Counted from the first letter of the stretch, positions 30,896-43,681 are shown. The stretch is DNA of 64,000 bases from Thermodesulfobacteriota bacterium (GCA_965216785.1 OZ244197.1:1536001-1600000); one strand, 5' to 3'. Translations and numbers: made by a program. Notes: a model not told the origin generated them from the letters alone.

Positions 30896-31416
30896 GAGAT
30901 TTAACGGAAGCGCTGATCGAGAGCTCTAAAGAACTCTCAAAGCTCGATAAGGTAACGGCCGATATGGCTGATTTCTTTGAGCTTTCAAAATCATCCGATG
31001 AGCTAAGAAATATACTCTGGAGCACTACGTTTGAGCTTAATGAGAGAAAGTCTATAACTGCGGATATAAGCGCTAAAAGGGGATATGACGGTCTTACAGC
31101 TAACTTTTTGAATCTGGTAATAGAGCTTGATAAGTTTAAGTCGCTGATAAAATCTGAGCAGACGACAATGGGGAAATTGCTTAAGGCCTCTGGAAGGATA
31201 AGGGCCCAGGTTACGACAGCGAGTGAGCCTACAGAGGATGAAATCAGTCGGATTAAGAGTGCGCTGACCAAAGCGGTGGGGCAGGACGTCGAGATAACGA
31301 CTAAGGTGGATCCGGAGATTTTGGGGGGAGTAATCACAAAGGTAGAAGATAAGGTATATGATGGTAGTATTAAGACCCAGCTCGAGAGGATTCGAGGGGT
31401 GCTCACACAATCATAA
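30874..31416 (+). CDS. atpH: ATP synthase delta subunit
   Basis: VDPEILGG...VYDGSIKTQL motif. Confidence 0.92.
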   Translation: MASIATLRDLTEALIESSKELSKLDKVTADMADFFELSKSSDELRNILWSTTFELNERKSITADISAKRGYDGLTANFLNLVIELDKFKSLIKSEQTTMGKLLKASGRIRAQVTTASEPTEDEISRIKSALTKAVGQDVEITTKVDPEILGGVITKVEDKVYDGSIKTQLERIRGVLTQS

Positions 31417-31480
31417 AGGAGTTTATTGCGAAACGAATAAAAGACGAATTGAGTCATAAACGCTACAAGGAGCAGATAAT

Positions 31481-32998
31481 ATGCAGGAAATGAAGATAGA
31501 AGAAATAGGGGAAATATTAAAAAATAGGATAAAGGGTTACGAAACCAAGATAGAGACTTCTGAGGTTGGAACCGTAATTTCAGTCGGTGACGGAATTGCC
31601 CGTGCCTACGGACTCGACCAGGCAATGGCAGGGGAGCTTGTAGAGTTCTCAAGCGGCATCATGGGGCTCGTGCTCAACCTTGAAGAAGACAACGTCGGTA
31701 TCGCGCTCTTCGGTGAAGACAAAGAGGTGCAGGAAGGCGACCTGATCAAGAGAACGGGGAACGTTGCCGATGTGCCTGTCGGTGAGGCTATGAAGGGCAG
31801 AGTGGTAAACGCTCTCGGGCAGCCGATAGACGGTAAGGGTGAGATAGCCTCTGATGATGTAAGACAGATTGAAGTTAAGGCTCCGGGTGTTATTTACCGC
31901 CAGTCGGTTAACGAGCCTCTTCAGACCGGTATTAAATCGATCGACGCTATGATCCCGATCGGTAGGGGGCAGAGGGAGCTTATATTGGGCGACCGTCAGA
32001 TTGGTAAAACCGCAATCGCCGTTGACACGATAATAAATCAAAAAGAAGAAGATGTTTACTGCATATACGTAGCTGTGGGACAAAAGCAGTCCACTGTGGC
32101 TCAGGTTGTTGATAAGCTAAGAGAGCACGGCGCTCTTGAGTATACAACTGTTGTTGCCGCTACAGCGAGCGACCCGGCTCCGTTTCAGTTCATCGCTCCA
32201 TACGCTGGGTGCGCTCTAGGCGAGCATTTCCGCGATAATGGAAAACACGCACTTGTAATTTATGACGATTTAACAAAACACGCTTGGGCTTATCGTCAGC
32301 TCTCACTGCTCCTTAGACGTCCTCCAGGACGTGAGGCATACCCGGGAGACGTTTTTTACCTGCACTCGAGACTTCTCGAAAGGGCCGCTAAGATGAGAGA
32401 CGAAGACGGCGGCGGATCGCTCACAGCGCTCCCGATTATTGAAACACAGGCGGGCGACGTTTCAGCGTATATTCCCACGAACGTTATTTCGATCACGGAC
32501 GGGCAGATTTATCTGGAGAGCGATCTTTTCTACTCAGGTATCAGGCCCGCGATTAACGTAGGCCTTTCGGTATCGAGGGTAGGTGGCTCGGCCCAGGTGA
32601 AGGCTATGAAAAAAGTGGCCGGTACCCTGAGGCTCGACCTTGCTCAGTACAGAGAAGTTGAGGCGTTCTCGCAGTTCGCCTCTGATTTGGATAAGGCCAC
32701 ACAGGCGCAGCTCGCACGAGGAAGCAGACTCGTGGAAGCGCTTAAACAAGGTCAGTATCAGCCCATCGCGGTGGAGAAGCAGATTCTCATCATCTATGCC
32801 GTAACCAATGGTTACGTTGACGACTATCCTGTAGAGGCGGTTGATAAATACGAGAAAGAGCTTTATTCATTCTTCGAGTCGAAATACCAAAATATACTTG
32901 ATGAGATAAAGACTAAGAAAGAGATTACCGATGAGCTTAAGGACAGCGTCGTAAACGCTCTTGACGAGCTTAAGAGTCAGTTGGGTGATCTTAAATAA
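31481..32998 (+). CDS. atpA: ATP synthase alpha subunit
   Basis: GDRQIGKT and [25 protein letters not shown] motifs. Confidence 0.99.
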   Translation: MQEMKIEEIGEILKNRIKGYETKIETSEVGTVISVGDGIARAYGLDQAMAGELVEFSSGIMGLVLNLEEDNVGIALFGEDKEVQEGDLIKRTGNVADVPVGEAMKGRVVNALGQPIDGKGEIASDDVRQIEVKAPGVIYRQSVNEPLQTGIKSIDAMIPIGRGQRELILGDRQIGKTAIAVDTIINQKEEDVYCIYVAVGQKQSTVAQVVDKLREHGALEYTTVVAATASDPAPFQFIAPYAGCALGEHFRDNGKHALVIYDDLTKHAWAYRQLSLLLRRPPGREAYPGDVFYLHSRLLERAAKMRDEDGGGSLTALPIIETQAGDVSAYIPTNVISITDGQIYLESDLFYSGIRPAINVGLSVSRVGGSAQVKAMKKVAGTLRLDLAQYREVEAFSQFASDLDKATQAQLARGSRLVEALKQGQYQPIAVEKQILIIYAVTNGYVDDYPVEAVDKYEKELYSFFESKYQNILDEIKTKKEITDELKDSVVNALDELKSQLGDLK

Positions 32999-33042
32999 AA
33001 ACTTGGAGTTAAGATAACTTTAGGAAACTACTGGAATAACAT

Positions 33043-35359
<2,317 letters not shown>

Positions 35360-35460
35360 TAGCGGAGGGTACGCTTGGCACGCTTATTAATTGAGGACGC
35401 GCGTATATAAAATTACGAAACCGGCTTCTCTTTGATATAGAGAAATAGGAGATATAAATT

Positions 35461-35721
35461 TTGGCTAACGAAATTCATCTGAAAGTGGTAACACCCATCA
35501 AGCTTGAGGTTGACGAGCAGGTAGATGAGGTTATAGCTCCGGGAGAGGTCGGCGAGTTCGGCGTGCTCCCCGGACACGAGCCCTTTGTTACTACACTTCA
35601 AAGCGGAGAGCTTAAGTACAGAAAAGGCGGGGTCGAGCGGAAATTGACCCTAGAGGGTGGCCTTGCCGATGTTAGGGAAGATAATGTGAATATTCTTGCC
35701 GACAGGGTCGTAGAGGACTAA
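35461..35721 (+). CDS. atpC: ATP synthase epsilon subunit (short form, N-terminal domain only)
   Basis: VVTP, GEFGVLPGH and ILAD motifs; AGGAG RBS with a TTG start. Confidence 0.92.
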   Translation: MANEIHLKVVTPIKLEVDEQVDEVIAPGEVGEFGVLPGHEPFVTTLQSGELKYRKGGVERKLTLEGGLADVREDNVNILADRVVED

Positions 35722-35744
35722 AAGGTCTTTGAGTTTTGCAGTAT

Positions 35745-36929
35745 CTACCTATGCAATGGCCTTCTTCGCATAGCGATCCATCCGACCATTCCCGTTATTG
35801 CTGCCATCACGATAAGGCTCCATTGTGATAGGGTAGGTATGGATCTTACGACGGGCTCAGCACAATTTATCTCATCCACAATTGATTCGAAGTTTATCCA
35901 CGAGTAAGTGAAACCTAGTATATTTATACTGTCGTTTCCCGTGAGCTGCGGAATTTGCCCTTTCACTGCTTCGCATTCAGAAACTGCAGGGATAATCAAA
36001 GCAAATATTAAAGTGTCGAAGCCCTCTTCACCGTTCATTAATCCCGTTAGAGAAGTCTGTCTTTCAATCCTTACAGTGTCATCACCAGTGTTTAAACGCA
36101 CACTGAAACTCGCGGGATTCTGCGCAATTAACTCACCACCTCTCAACGTGACCATATCGTTGCCACTACCTGAATGTACTGGATGATTGTTAGTACTTGT
36201 GACCGAAGCGTCTTCGATGATTACGGTATCATTGTCGCCCGCCGTGAAGATACCGTCGTTAGGATCACCTACAAGGGTTGCTCCTATAACAGTTACCCGG
36301 TCGTTTCCTGAGCCGGTACGTATCGCGTTCTGTCCGGATGATATTATCACTGCAGGCTGGAGACCGAATAGACCTACATTTACTATGTCATCATCTTCTT
36401 CAGTATTTATGCCGTTTGAACCGCTGTTTATACTACCTCCATTCACTGTTACCTCATCCATTCCGTCTCCGGTACGTATTCCGTGATTATTGCCGATTAT
36501 GTTCGTTCCGTTTGCAGTAACTCGGTCATTACCACCCTCAGTATGAATGGTATCGTTATTACCTTGTACTAAGCCTCCATTGACTGTTACAGTATCGTTG
36601 CCGTCATCGGTCTCGATTGCGTTCTGAGAGCCTATAACCACATCCTGAGCTGTGTTACCGTTGTTAACGACTACGGTGTCATTCCCGTCCTCTGTTTTTA
36701 TCGCGTCGCCTGGAGCATTAATACCTGCACCTGCTTGGACTGTAATATCATCATTATTATTGCCGGTGTTCACAGCGGTCGTCTCAGGGTTTGGCGGGTC
36801 TGTATCACAGACTATGATTTCACCCCCAGAAGGGTTGTTGCCGATGAAATCGCAGTCAGCAAGTGAATATTCGATAGATATGAAAAAGATACTAAGTAGG
36901 ATGATACCTATATTAAAATATCTAGACAT
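35745..36929 (-). CDS. Secreted repeat protein (RTX-like GNDxVxV repeats) with IPTL-CTERM sorting signal
   Basis: Signal peptide; about 11 IxTxxGNDxVxV repeats; IPTLSQW, TM helix and RRR tail. Confidence 0.85.
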   Translation of the reverse strand: MSRYFNIGIILLSIFFISIEYSLADCDFIGNNPSGGEIIVCDTDPPNPETTAVNTGNNNDDITVQAGAGINAPGDAIKTEDGNDTVVVNNGNTAQDVVIGSQNAIETDDGNDTVTVNGGLVQGNNDTIHTEGGNDRVTANGTNIIGNNHGIRTGDGMDEVTVNGGSINSGSNGINTEEDDDIVNVGLFGLQPAVIISSGQNAIRTGSGNDRVTVIGATLVGDPNDGIFTAGDNDTVIIEDASVTSTNNHPVHSGSGNDMVTLRGGELIAQNPASFSVRLNTGDDTVRIERQTSLTGLMNGEEGFDTLIFALIIPAVSECEAVKGQIPQLTGNDSINILGFTYSWINFESIVDEINCAEPVVRSIPTLSQWSLIVMAAITGMVGWIAMRRRPLHR

Positions 36930-37040
36930 ACCGTTTTCCTCTCTTGTAAAACTCTCCTCAGAACTACAATCACGATACTATCATAGTTTTTTCAGCAGAA
37001 CAATTGGAGTTTGTTTATTGTAAAATGCTAAATTCTAGAA

Positions 37041-38363
37041 TCAGACAGGAACAGTCCTTCTTCGAATTGCAAACAGTCCGATAATTCCGAGCAGTCCTGT
37101 TGTAGCGATAAGCCCCCATTCGGAAAGTGTCGGTATATTCCTTGCCGTCATTGGGTCGAGACATGTGGCTACGAATACTTGTAAAATCTCTTGAGGGTTT
37201 CCGCCGTTTATGTTTGCCCGGGAGTCGAAAGCAACGCGCGTACCGTCTGCATTTAATACTGGGTGAAAGCTATCTCCATCCGAAACGTCCGTTACTTGAG
37301 TAAATTCGCCGTTTCCGGTATCGAAAAGCCATATCTCTCTTTCTCCGGTGGAATTATTGCCGTTAAAGTTAGCATCAGACTGAAATGTTATGACTGTGCC
37401 GTCTGCGTTTATTGAAGGGTCCTGGCTAATCCCGGGTATTACTGTAATCTGAGTAATAGTATTGGCATTTACATCATACAGGAACACTTTCGTAAACCCG
37501 TCGTTAAATTTTCCTACGAGGTTGTCGTTGGACTCAAAAGTAATGAAATTGCCGTCCGCGCTTATCCAAGCGTCTCCACTACCGCTCCCTGTTGAGGAAG
37601 TTATCTGTGTTATTATTCCGGTTGAAATATTCGCTAAATATATCTGTGGAATACCGTTCGGGTTTCCACCATTTATGTTAGCAGTTGATTGAAAGGCGAC
37701 TAAGTTCCCGTCAGCGCTTATTGAAGGATTGATACTATCTCCTGACGGCTCGTTTGTGATTTGAATAAATGTGAGCGTATTGGTATCGAACACAAATATT
37801 TCATCATTACCTCCTATATTTATGCCGTTTATGTCTGCTTCGGACTCAAAGGCCACACGATTTCCGGGCGCACTTATAAATGGGTCATTACTCGGCTCGT
37901 CCGGGTCGTCAGTTACCTGAGTAAATGTATCTGTAGTAGTATCAAAAATGTATATTTGTCTTCTGTTATTAGGGTTGCCTCCGTTAATATCCGATTCACT
38001 TTCAAATGCAACGCGTGTACCGTCACCGTTAATTGACGGGAAGAAGCTGGGCTCATTCGGATCATCCGTTATTTGGGTAAGAACCTTTGTTAAAGTATCG
38101 AAAATGTATACCTGTCTAATTAGATTTGGATTATTATCATTGATGTCTAGACTCGATTCAAAAGCGACATATCTGCCGTCAGCGTTTATAGATGGGTCCT
38201 CACTTGTGGCTTCAAATCCATCAGTAATCTGGAGTATACCTCGCTGCGGACAAACAAGCTCTTGTGCTAGTGATTCTGAAATTGAATAAGTCAGAAGAGT
38301 TAGCAGGGATAACAGGATAATAAGGGAATAAGCCTTAAGGCACAGATGATTAATAATTATCAT
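37041..38363 (-). CDS. TolB/PD40-like seven-bladed beta-propeller with IPTL-CTERM sorting signal
   Basis: Seven PSINADGxxVAFxS repeats; IPTLSEWG, TM helix and RRR tail. Confidence 0.87.
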   Translation of the reverse strand: MIIINHLCLKAYSLIILLSLLTLLTYSISESLAQELVCPQRGILQITDGFEATSEDPSINADGRYVAFESSLDINDNNPNLIRQVYIFDTLTKVLTQITDDPNEPSFFPSINGDGTRVAFESESDINGGNPNNRRQIYIFDTTTDTFTQVTDDPDEPSNDPFISAPGNRVAFESEADINGINIGGNDEIFVFDTNTLTFIQITNEPSGDSINPSISADGNLVAFQSTANINGGNPNGIPQIYLANISTGIITQITSSTGSGSGDAWISADGNFITFESNDNLVGKFNDGFTKVFLYDVNANTITQITVIPGISQDPSINADGTVITFQSDANFNGNNSTGEREIWLFDTGNGEFTQVTDVSDGDSFHPVLNADGTRVAFDSRANINGGNPQEILQVFVATCLDPMTARNIPTLSEWGLIATTGLLGIIGLFAIRRRTVPV

Positions 38364-38551
38364 TAATGATATCCTCCCTAAAGAATTGAATTTACTTTAC
38401 CACAACTTATCTGAAAATAACAATAACAATTATCAAAATTATTAGACTCTTCGGCTCCAATTTAATAAATATGTGTTAGATCCCTTCCGCTTTACTTATA
38501 CTGTATATAGAGGCATAATTATCTGTCTAAATTCGATAGCGGGAGAATAAT

Positions 38552-39349
38552 ATGGCTCTAACCGAATCAGCTCCGGGACCTCTTATACTAAGACGTGATG
38601 AAGACGGTGTAGCTAATCTCACTATAAACAGACCCAAAGCGTATAACTCACTAACTATTGAGTGCATGGAAGCTTTTATAGATGAATTGGAGGACATCGC
38701 CTCCGATATATCTATCAGTGTTGTAGTTATATCGGGAGCTGGGAAGGGGTTTTGCGCAGGTCATGATATGAGGACGCTCAGGGCCAATCCTGAAAGATCT
38801 TTTTATGAAAAGACGTTTGCCACTTCTTCAAGATTGATGATGACGATTATTAATCTTCCCAAGCCCGTAATTGCTAAAGTACACGGTGTGGCCACGGCTG
38901 CGGGATGCCAGCTTGTTGCATCCTGTGATTTGGCTATCGCGGACGAGCACGCCAGGTTTGCCACTCCCGGAGTGAACATAGGGCTATTTTGCTCAACTCC
39001 AATGGTCTCTCTCTCCAGAAATGTAGCTAGAAAACAGGCTATGGAGATGCTCTTAACAGGCGATTTTATTTCAGCGCAGAGGGCTTATGAAATCGGTCTT
39101 ATTAACCACGTTGTCCCGTTTGAAGAGCTTGATAGCTCTGTAAACGAGCTCGCCCATAAAATTGCGAGCAAATCTCCCCTGACTCTTAAAATAGGTAAGA
39201 AAGCCTTTTACGAGCAGCTGGATAAGGATATGAAAGGCGCCTATGAATACTGCAGCCGGGTAATGGTGGAGAACATGATGGCCCGGGACGCGGAAGAGGG
39301 GATAGACGCTTTTCTCGAAAAGCGCGATCCGGTATGGAAGGGCGAGTAG
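38552..39349 (+). CDS. Enoyl-CoA hydratase/isomerase family (ECHDC3-like)
   Basis: FCAGHD, ATAAGCQLVASCD and TPGVNIGLFCSTP motifs. Confidence 0.92.
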   Translation: MALTESAPGPLILRRDEDGVANLTINRPKAYNSLTIECMEAFIDELEDIASDISISVVVISGAGKGFCAGHDMRTLRANPERSFYEKTFATSSRLMMTIINLPKPVIAKVHGVATAAGCQLVASCDLAIADEHARFATPGVNIGLFCSTPMVSLSRNVARKQAMEMLLTGDFISAQRAYEIGLINHVVPFEELDSSVNELAHKIASKSPLTLKIGKKAFYEQLDKDMKGAYEYCSRVMVENMMARDAEEGIDAFLEKRDPVWKGE

Positions 39350-39485
39350 CTCGGTAATACTTGTTCTTTGGCTTACCCGCTTTTTCTTAATACGTTCTTA
39401 ACAATTCATAGCTATAATTTCCAATACACATTACTTCGGTAATCTTTGCCGTAAATCAGCCTATATATATGTATAGGAGATCAAA

Positions 39486-39857
39486 ATGAAAAGAGATTCT
39501 TCCATAAACGGGATAGGGTTCTTGTCGCAAACAGTTTTTTTAATAGCGATTTTTTGTCTTATGACCACATCAACATTCGGGTATCAGACGAATGTTCATA
39601 AGAGTGATGGAGTATCCGGAAACGTTGTTGAGAATACAGATTCATTTATATTAATAGCGGGCGGCGGTCTAAGCCACGGTATGACTAAACTGGAGGCTTA
39701 CGAGGTAAAAGGCATGCCGCATAAGACGAATAGGCTCCCTGGTGAAGACGGCAAAGAAATGTGGGTTTATCAGTGTGAGAATGACGACGGTTATAATGAG
39801 GATTGTCTTTATTTATATTTCGAAGGTGATAAGCTTGTGAAAATCGAGAGACCTTAG
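39486..39857 (+). CDS. Secreted protein with an SmpA/BamE-like domain
   Basis: Signal peptide; GMTKxE...G.P...WVY...LYF pattern. Confidence 0.6.
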   Translation: MKRDSSINGIGFLSQTVFLIAIFCLMTTSTFGYQTNVHKSDGVSGNVVENTDSFILIAGGGLSHGMTKLEAYEVKGMPHKTNRLPGEDGKEMWVYQCENDDGYNEDCLYLYFEGDKLVKIERP

Positions 39858-39868
39858 AGCTGGGGGAT

Positions 39869-40939
39869 ATGAAAAAATATTATTTATTGGTATTTGTTAT
39901 TTTATCAATTTGTCTGACAAGTGTAGTTAACGCTCAGAGTGATAAATTATCTTTGCCATTTCTGATGGGCAGTAACCAGATATTGGTGCTCGGAGAAGAG
40001 TACGGGCAGGAAGAGTCAGCTGAGTTTGTACTTAAGACTGTTAGCGAGTATGTAAACAGCGGCGGTTGTCTGAAGGTCGGCCTTGAGATCTCATCTGACC
40101 AGCAGGAGCTTGTCGAAAGCGCTATGAAGGGCGAAGCTCAGATATCTGAAATTGAGCTCAGGGAAGAGCTGGATACGACTTCTTACAGACAGATGCTAGG
40201 GGGCTTTAGTAATGTGATTCAAGGCGGGGGCTGTCTTAGTGTGCACGCGCTCGATACGCCTTCCACCGTGCCTATTACCGGGGACGCATGGATGGAAAAA
40301 GAGGTGGTTCGTATAGTAGGAGACTCACCGGTTCTTATATTGACGAGTAATATCCGGGCTGTAAAGGATTACGATTCGGGTGAGGGTGATAGAGCAAAAC
40401 TTCTGACGCAGAGACTTCGCGCGAGGACTTACAGAGTGGCTTCTGTTCTACAGCACTGGAAACCGGGTGAATGCGCAACGAGAAATGTCGAGCTAATAAA
40501 TACGGTAGAAGAAAAGTCCGGGATTTATGTTAGAGAGTCAATAGGTGAGATCGGAGCCAAAATGCCTGAGAAGGTAAGCATGGTGACGGACGGTGTGCTG
40601 GTCTGGAGTTGTAAAAGAGTCGAGGTTGTAAAGGAGACAGAGGTCCTTCCGAATAACGTTATCGAGGAAAAGTACGCTCTTGAGGTAGTAGACACAGAGC
40701 TTGTGGAAAGAGATGAAGAGCAACTAAAGAAAATAAGAGGCGGAATCAAGCATAATTACCCTATCTTGGGAATGACGAAAAAAGAGGCTGTAGAGGCTCT
40801 CGGTGACCCTGATGAGGTAAAGAAGTCAGGGATTAGTGAAGAGTGGACCTATGAGTGTAGTGATGATGACGGTTTTGACTATGAATGTTTTGTACTCAGG
40901 TTCAAGCAGGGTATCCTGGCTGATTTTAAAGAGCAGTAG
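39869..40939 (+). CDS. Secreted protein with a ChaN/EreA-like N-terminal domain and an SmpA/BamE-like C-terminal domain
   Basis: Signal peptide; LVLGEEYG and VGLEI motifs; C-terminal GMTKKE...LGDP...WTY. Confidence 0.55.
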   Translation: MKKYYLLVFVILSICLTSVVNAQSDKLSLPFLMGSNQILVLGEEYGQEESAEFVLKTVSEYVNSGGCLKVGLEISSDQQELVESAMKGEAQISEIELREELDTTSYRQMLGGFSNVIQGGGCLSVHALDTPSTVPITGDAWMEKEVVRIVGDSPVLILTSNIRAVKDYDSGEGDRAKLLTQRLRARTYRVASVLQHWKPGECATRNVELINTVEEKSGIYVRESIGEIGAKMPEKVSMVTDGVLVWSCKRVEVVKETEVLPNNVIEEKYALEVVDTELVERDEEQLKKIRGGIKHNYPILGMTKKEAVEALGDPDEVKKSGISEEWTYECSDDDGFDYECFVLRFKQGILADFKEQ

Positions 40940-41052
40940 TTCTTAGAATCCTACCTGTAAATCCGTTATAGATTTATACTGATACTACAAATTCGGTATA
41001 CCCTTAATGTAGAACTAGGTTAGAGATGTGGTTATAGGCAAAAACCAAGAGC

Positions 41053-41796
41053 CTAGCTTTTCTCTTTTTCCCCGTCATCCGAGGCAGTCTCTTCGGGCGC
41101 TTTAGCTTCTTCAGGGGTTTCTTGCGCTGCTTCAGCTTCTTCAGCCTTGGTTTCTTCAGGCGCGTCCTCTTCGGCAGCTTCAGCAGGAGCTTCCTCTGCT
41201 GCTGGAGCTTCTTCCGCTTGCTCGGCCTGAGCCTGTTCCGGAGCCTCGTTTGTGTCCTGGGTTTCAGGTTCTTGAGTTGTCTGCTCGGCGGTTTCTTCCG
41301 GGGCTTGAGTCTCTGATTGCTCTACCTGAGACTCTTCTATCTGAGGTTCTTGAGCCTCCTGCTCGGCAGCCTTGGCTTCTTCAACCTCTGCAGCCGCGGC
41401 AACTTTAGCCTCCGCCTCTTTGGCTTTTAACTCAGCGTTTTGATAATCGAGCCTTGAGCGCTCTTTGATTCGGCTTGCTTTCTTGGAGAGTCCTCTTAGG
41501 TAATAGAGTTTGGCACGCCTTACTTTTCCGAGCCTCTTTACCTCTATTTTATCTATTAGCGGAGAATGAAGAGCGAATATCCTCTCTACCCCGACACCGT
41601 ATGAGACCTTTCTCACGATGAATGTCTCTCTCGCGCCTCCGCCTTTTATGGCTATCACGACGCCTTCGAAAATCTGGATTCTTTCCCTGTCGCCCTCTTT
41701 AATCTTGTAATGGACGGCCACCGTATCTCCAGAGCGGAAATCGGGCAGGTCTTCTCTCATGTAGGATTTCTCTAATTCCTGTATAACGCTCATCAT
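41053..41796 (-). CDS. rplS: 50S ribosomal protein L19 with a long acidic C-terminal extension
   Basis: [14 protein letters not shown] and [12 protein letters not shown] motifs. Confidence 0.96.
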   Translation of the reverse strand: MMSVIQELEKSYMREDLPDFRSGDTVAVHYKIKEGDRERIQIFEGVVIAIKGGGARETFIVRKVSYGVGVERIFALHSPLIDKIEVKRLGKVRRAKLYYLRGLSKKASRIKERSRLDYQNAELKAKEAEAKVAAAAEVEEAKAAEQEAQEPQIEESQVEQSETQAPEETAEQTTQEPETQDTNEAPEQAQAEQAEEAPAAEEAPAEAAEEDAPEETKAEEAEAAQETPEEAKAPEETASDDGEKEKS

Positions 41797-41829
41797 TGTT
41801 CTCCTGAATTTCTTCCTATTTTTCTAAAT

Positions 41830-43131
41830 TTATACTACAGATGAAAATAATCTATCCAATATAATTGCCGCCGCGCTTCTGACCGATAAGTGATTGTAGT
41901 CAGTATATCCAGAAACGGGTTTTAGCGTATAATCGGCCTCTTCCATAATCTCTTTCGCAAGGCCCCAGCCCGTACCGAAAAGAAGTAAATAAGGATCGTC
42001 TCCCCGCTCTAGTATCAGCTCTCTAAGCTCCTCGTACCCTATCATGTCATCCCCAAAGCGAGCGTCCGTTACGATGATTTTAGGCTTCTTACCGTGAGCT
42101 TTTTCTATCTCCTCTACCACATCTTTAATCGAGTCTTTTACACAAACCAGGCTAAGTGCCCTTGTTCTCGATTCATTAAACGATGTTCCCGGCCCATTTG
42201 ACCAATGCTTGAGCACGCGCTCTATTAACTGCTGCTGCTCAGGGTTTGGCTGTACGAGAAAAAAGTTCTTTATCCCGTAAGTAGCGCAGGACCTGGCAAT
42301 ATCATGAACGTCTAGATTCGTAAACGCTGTGGTTATAATTTTAAACCGATTATTGTATACTGGATAATGGACTAATGCAATATGTAAATTAAATGGACTA
42401 TCGCTTTTCTTTTTAAGCTCTTTAACGGCCTCCAGCTCTTTTTTCGTCAGCTCCGCCCTGTCCAAAAGCCCGGGTCTTCTCCGATACGTCCTCTCTATGC
42501 TTTCTTGCCTCCTCCAGGCCTCTATTTCGCTATGGTTACCAGAGAGCAGCACATCCGGCACGTTTTTACCTTTGTAGCTCTCGGGTCTTGTGTACTGGGG
42601 GTATTCAAGAAGAGAGTACTTAAAAGATTCATTCTCTGGGGACAGCTCGTTCCCGAGCACTCCAGGCACAAACCTGGATACGCAGTCTACAATCACGCAC
42701 GCCGCGTATTCTCCTCCCGTAAGCACGAAATCGCCAAGCGAAATCTCCCGGTCTACATAGAGCTCCTTTACTCTCTCGTCTATCCCCTCGTATCTGCCGC
42801 ATATTACAATAATCTGCTCGTACGAGGCCAATTCCCTCGCGGTTCTGTCGTTAAATCTTTCCCCCGCGGGCGTGGTGAGAACAACCAGGGATTTAGCGCC
42901 GGGTTTCCTTACGGCTTCAATAGCCGCTCCGACAGGCTCTGGCTTCATGAGCATTCCGCCCCCGCCCCCGTAAGGGGTGTCGTCAACCGAGCGGTGCTTA
43001 TCGGTTGTCCAGTTCCTTAAATCGTGAGTCTCGATGTCGATTATGTTTTTATCCCGGGCTTTTTTGATATTGCCCACCGCCAGGGGGGAATCAAAAAACT
43101 CAGGAAATATTGTAATTATGTCGTATTTCAT
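41830..43131 (-). CDS. trmD: tRNA (guanine-37-N1)-methyltransferase fused to a second SPOUT methyltransferase domain (DUF2168-like)
   Basis: DDTPYGGG, CGRYEGIDER, LTGGE and YTRP, then ALVHYPV...DVHDIAR...FGTGWGL...YNHLSVR. Confidence 0.93.
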   Translation of the reverse strand: MKYDIITIFPEFFDSPLAVGNIKKARDKNIIDIETHDLRNWTTDKHRSVDDTPYGGGGGMLMKPEPVGAAIEAVRKPGAKSLVVLTTPAGERFNDRTARELASYEQIIVICGRYEGIDERVKELYVDREISLGDFVLTGGEYAACVIVDCVSRFVPGVLGNELSPENESFKYSLLEYPQYTRPESYKGKNVPDVLLSGNHSEIEAWRRQESIERTYRRRPGLLDRAELTKKELEAVKELKKKSDSPFNLHIALVHYPVYNNRFKIITTAFTNLDVHDIARSCATYGIKNFFLVQPNPEQQQLIERVLKHWSNGPGTSFNESRTRALSLVCVKDSIKDVVEEIEKAHGKKPKIIVTDARFGDDMIGYEELRELILERGDDPYLLLFGTGWGLAKEIMEEADYTLKPVSGYTDYNHLSVRSAAAIILDRLFSSVV

Positions 43132-43171
43132 AGCAGATAATCTGTAGCGGGGATATTTTGCTTAGCTCATA

Positions 43172-43681
43172 TTAATCAAGCATTCCTTTTGTGGGAGCAA
43201 TAACGATTTTCCCCTCTTCGAGGTTTACTTCTTTTACGATAGGATCAGCCATAGGTACGAGTAACTCTTTACCTTCGTTTTTAATTATCAGGATACTTTG
43301 AATCGTCCGTTCCATGATGTCTTCGACACTGCCCAGGTAAGTACCGTCTTCTGTGAAAGCTTTGAGTCCGATTAACTCCAAGAAATAAAATTCATCCTCT
43401 TCTAACTCCCCGAGCTCTGATTCTTCGATGAAAACCTCTTGGCCGCTCAGGCTCTGGGCTTTTTCTACTGAATCCACGCCGCGTAGTTTTAAGATTGCCG
43501 TGTTTTTATGGAACGTCATGCTTAGGATTGTATATTCATCGGCGGCAGAAGAGGTGTTATTATCTATAAAGATTTTAGTAATCTTGTCAAAGCTATGGAG
43601 CGAGCGGCTGTGCGGCAGCAGCTTTAGCTCTCCCGCAAGCCCGTGTGTCTTTGTAATTTTACCGAAAGAAATTAGCCCCAT
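43172..43681 (-). CDS. rimM: 16S rRNA processing protein RimM
   Basis: GKITKTHGLAGEL and EFYFLELIGL motifs; operon position. Confidence 0.92.
   Translation of the reverse strand: MGLISFGKITKTHGLAGELKLLPHSRSLHSFDKITKIFIDNNTSSAADEYTILSMTFHKNTAILKLRGVDSVEKAQSLSGQEVFIEESELGELEEDEFYFLELIGLKAFTEDGTYLGSVEDIMERTIQSILIIKNEGKELLVPMADPIVKEVNLEEGKIVIAPTKGMLD

Noticed and set aside
30852-31652. 266-aa minus-strand ORF
   Set aside because: It is antisense to atpH/atpA with no recognisable features.
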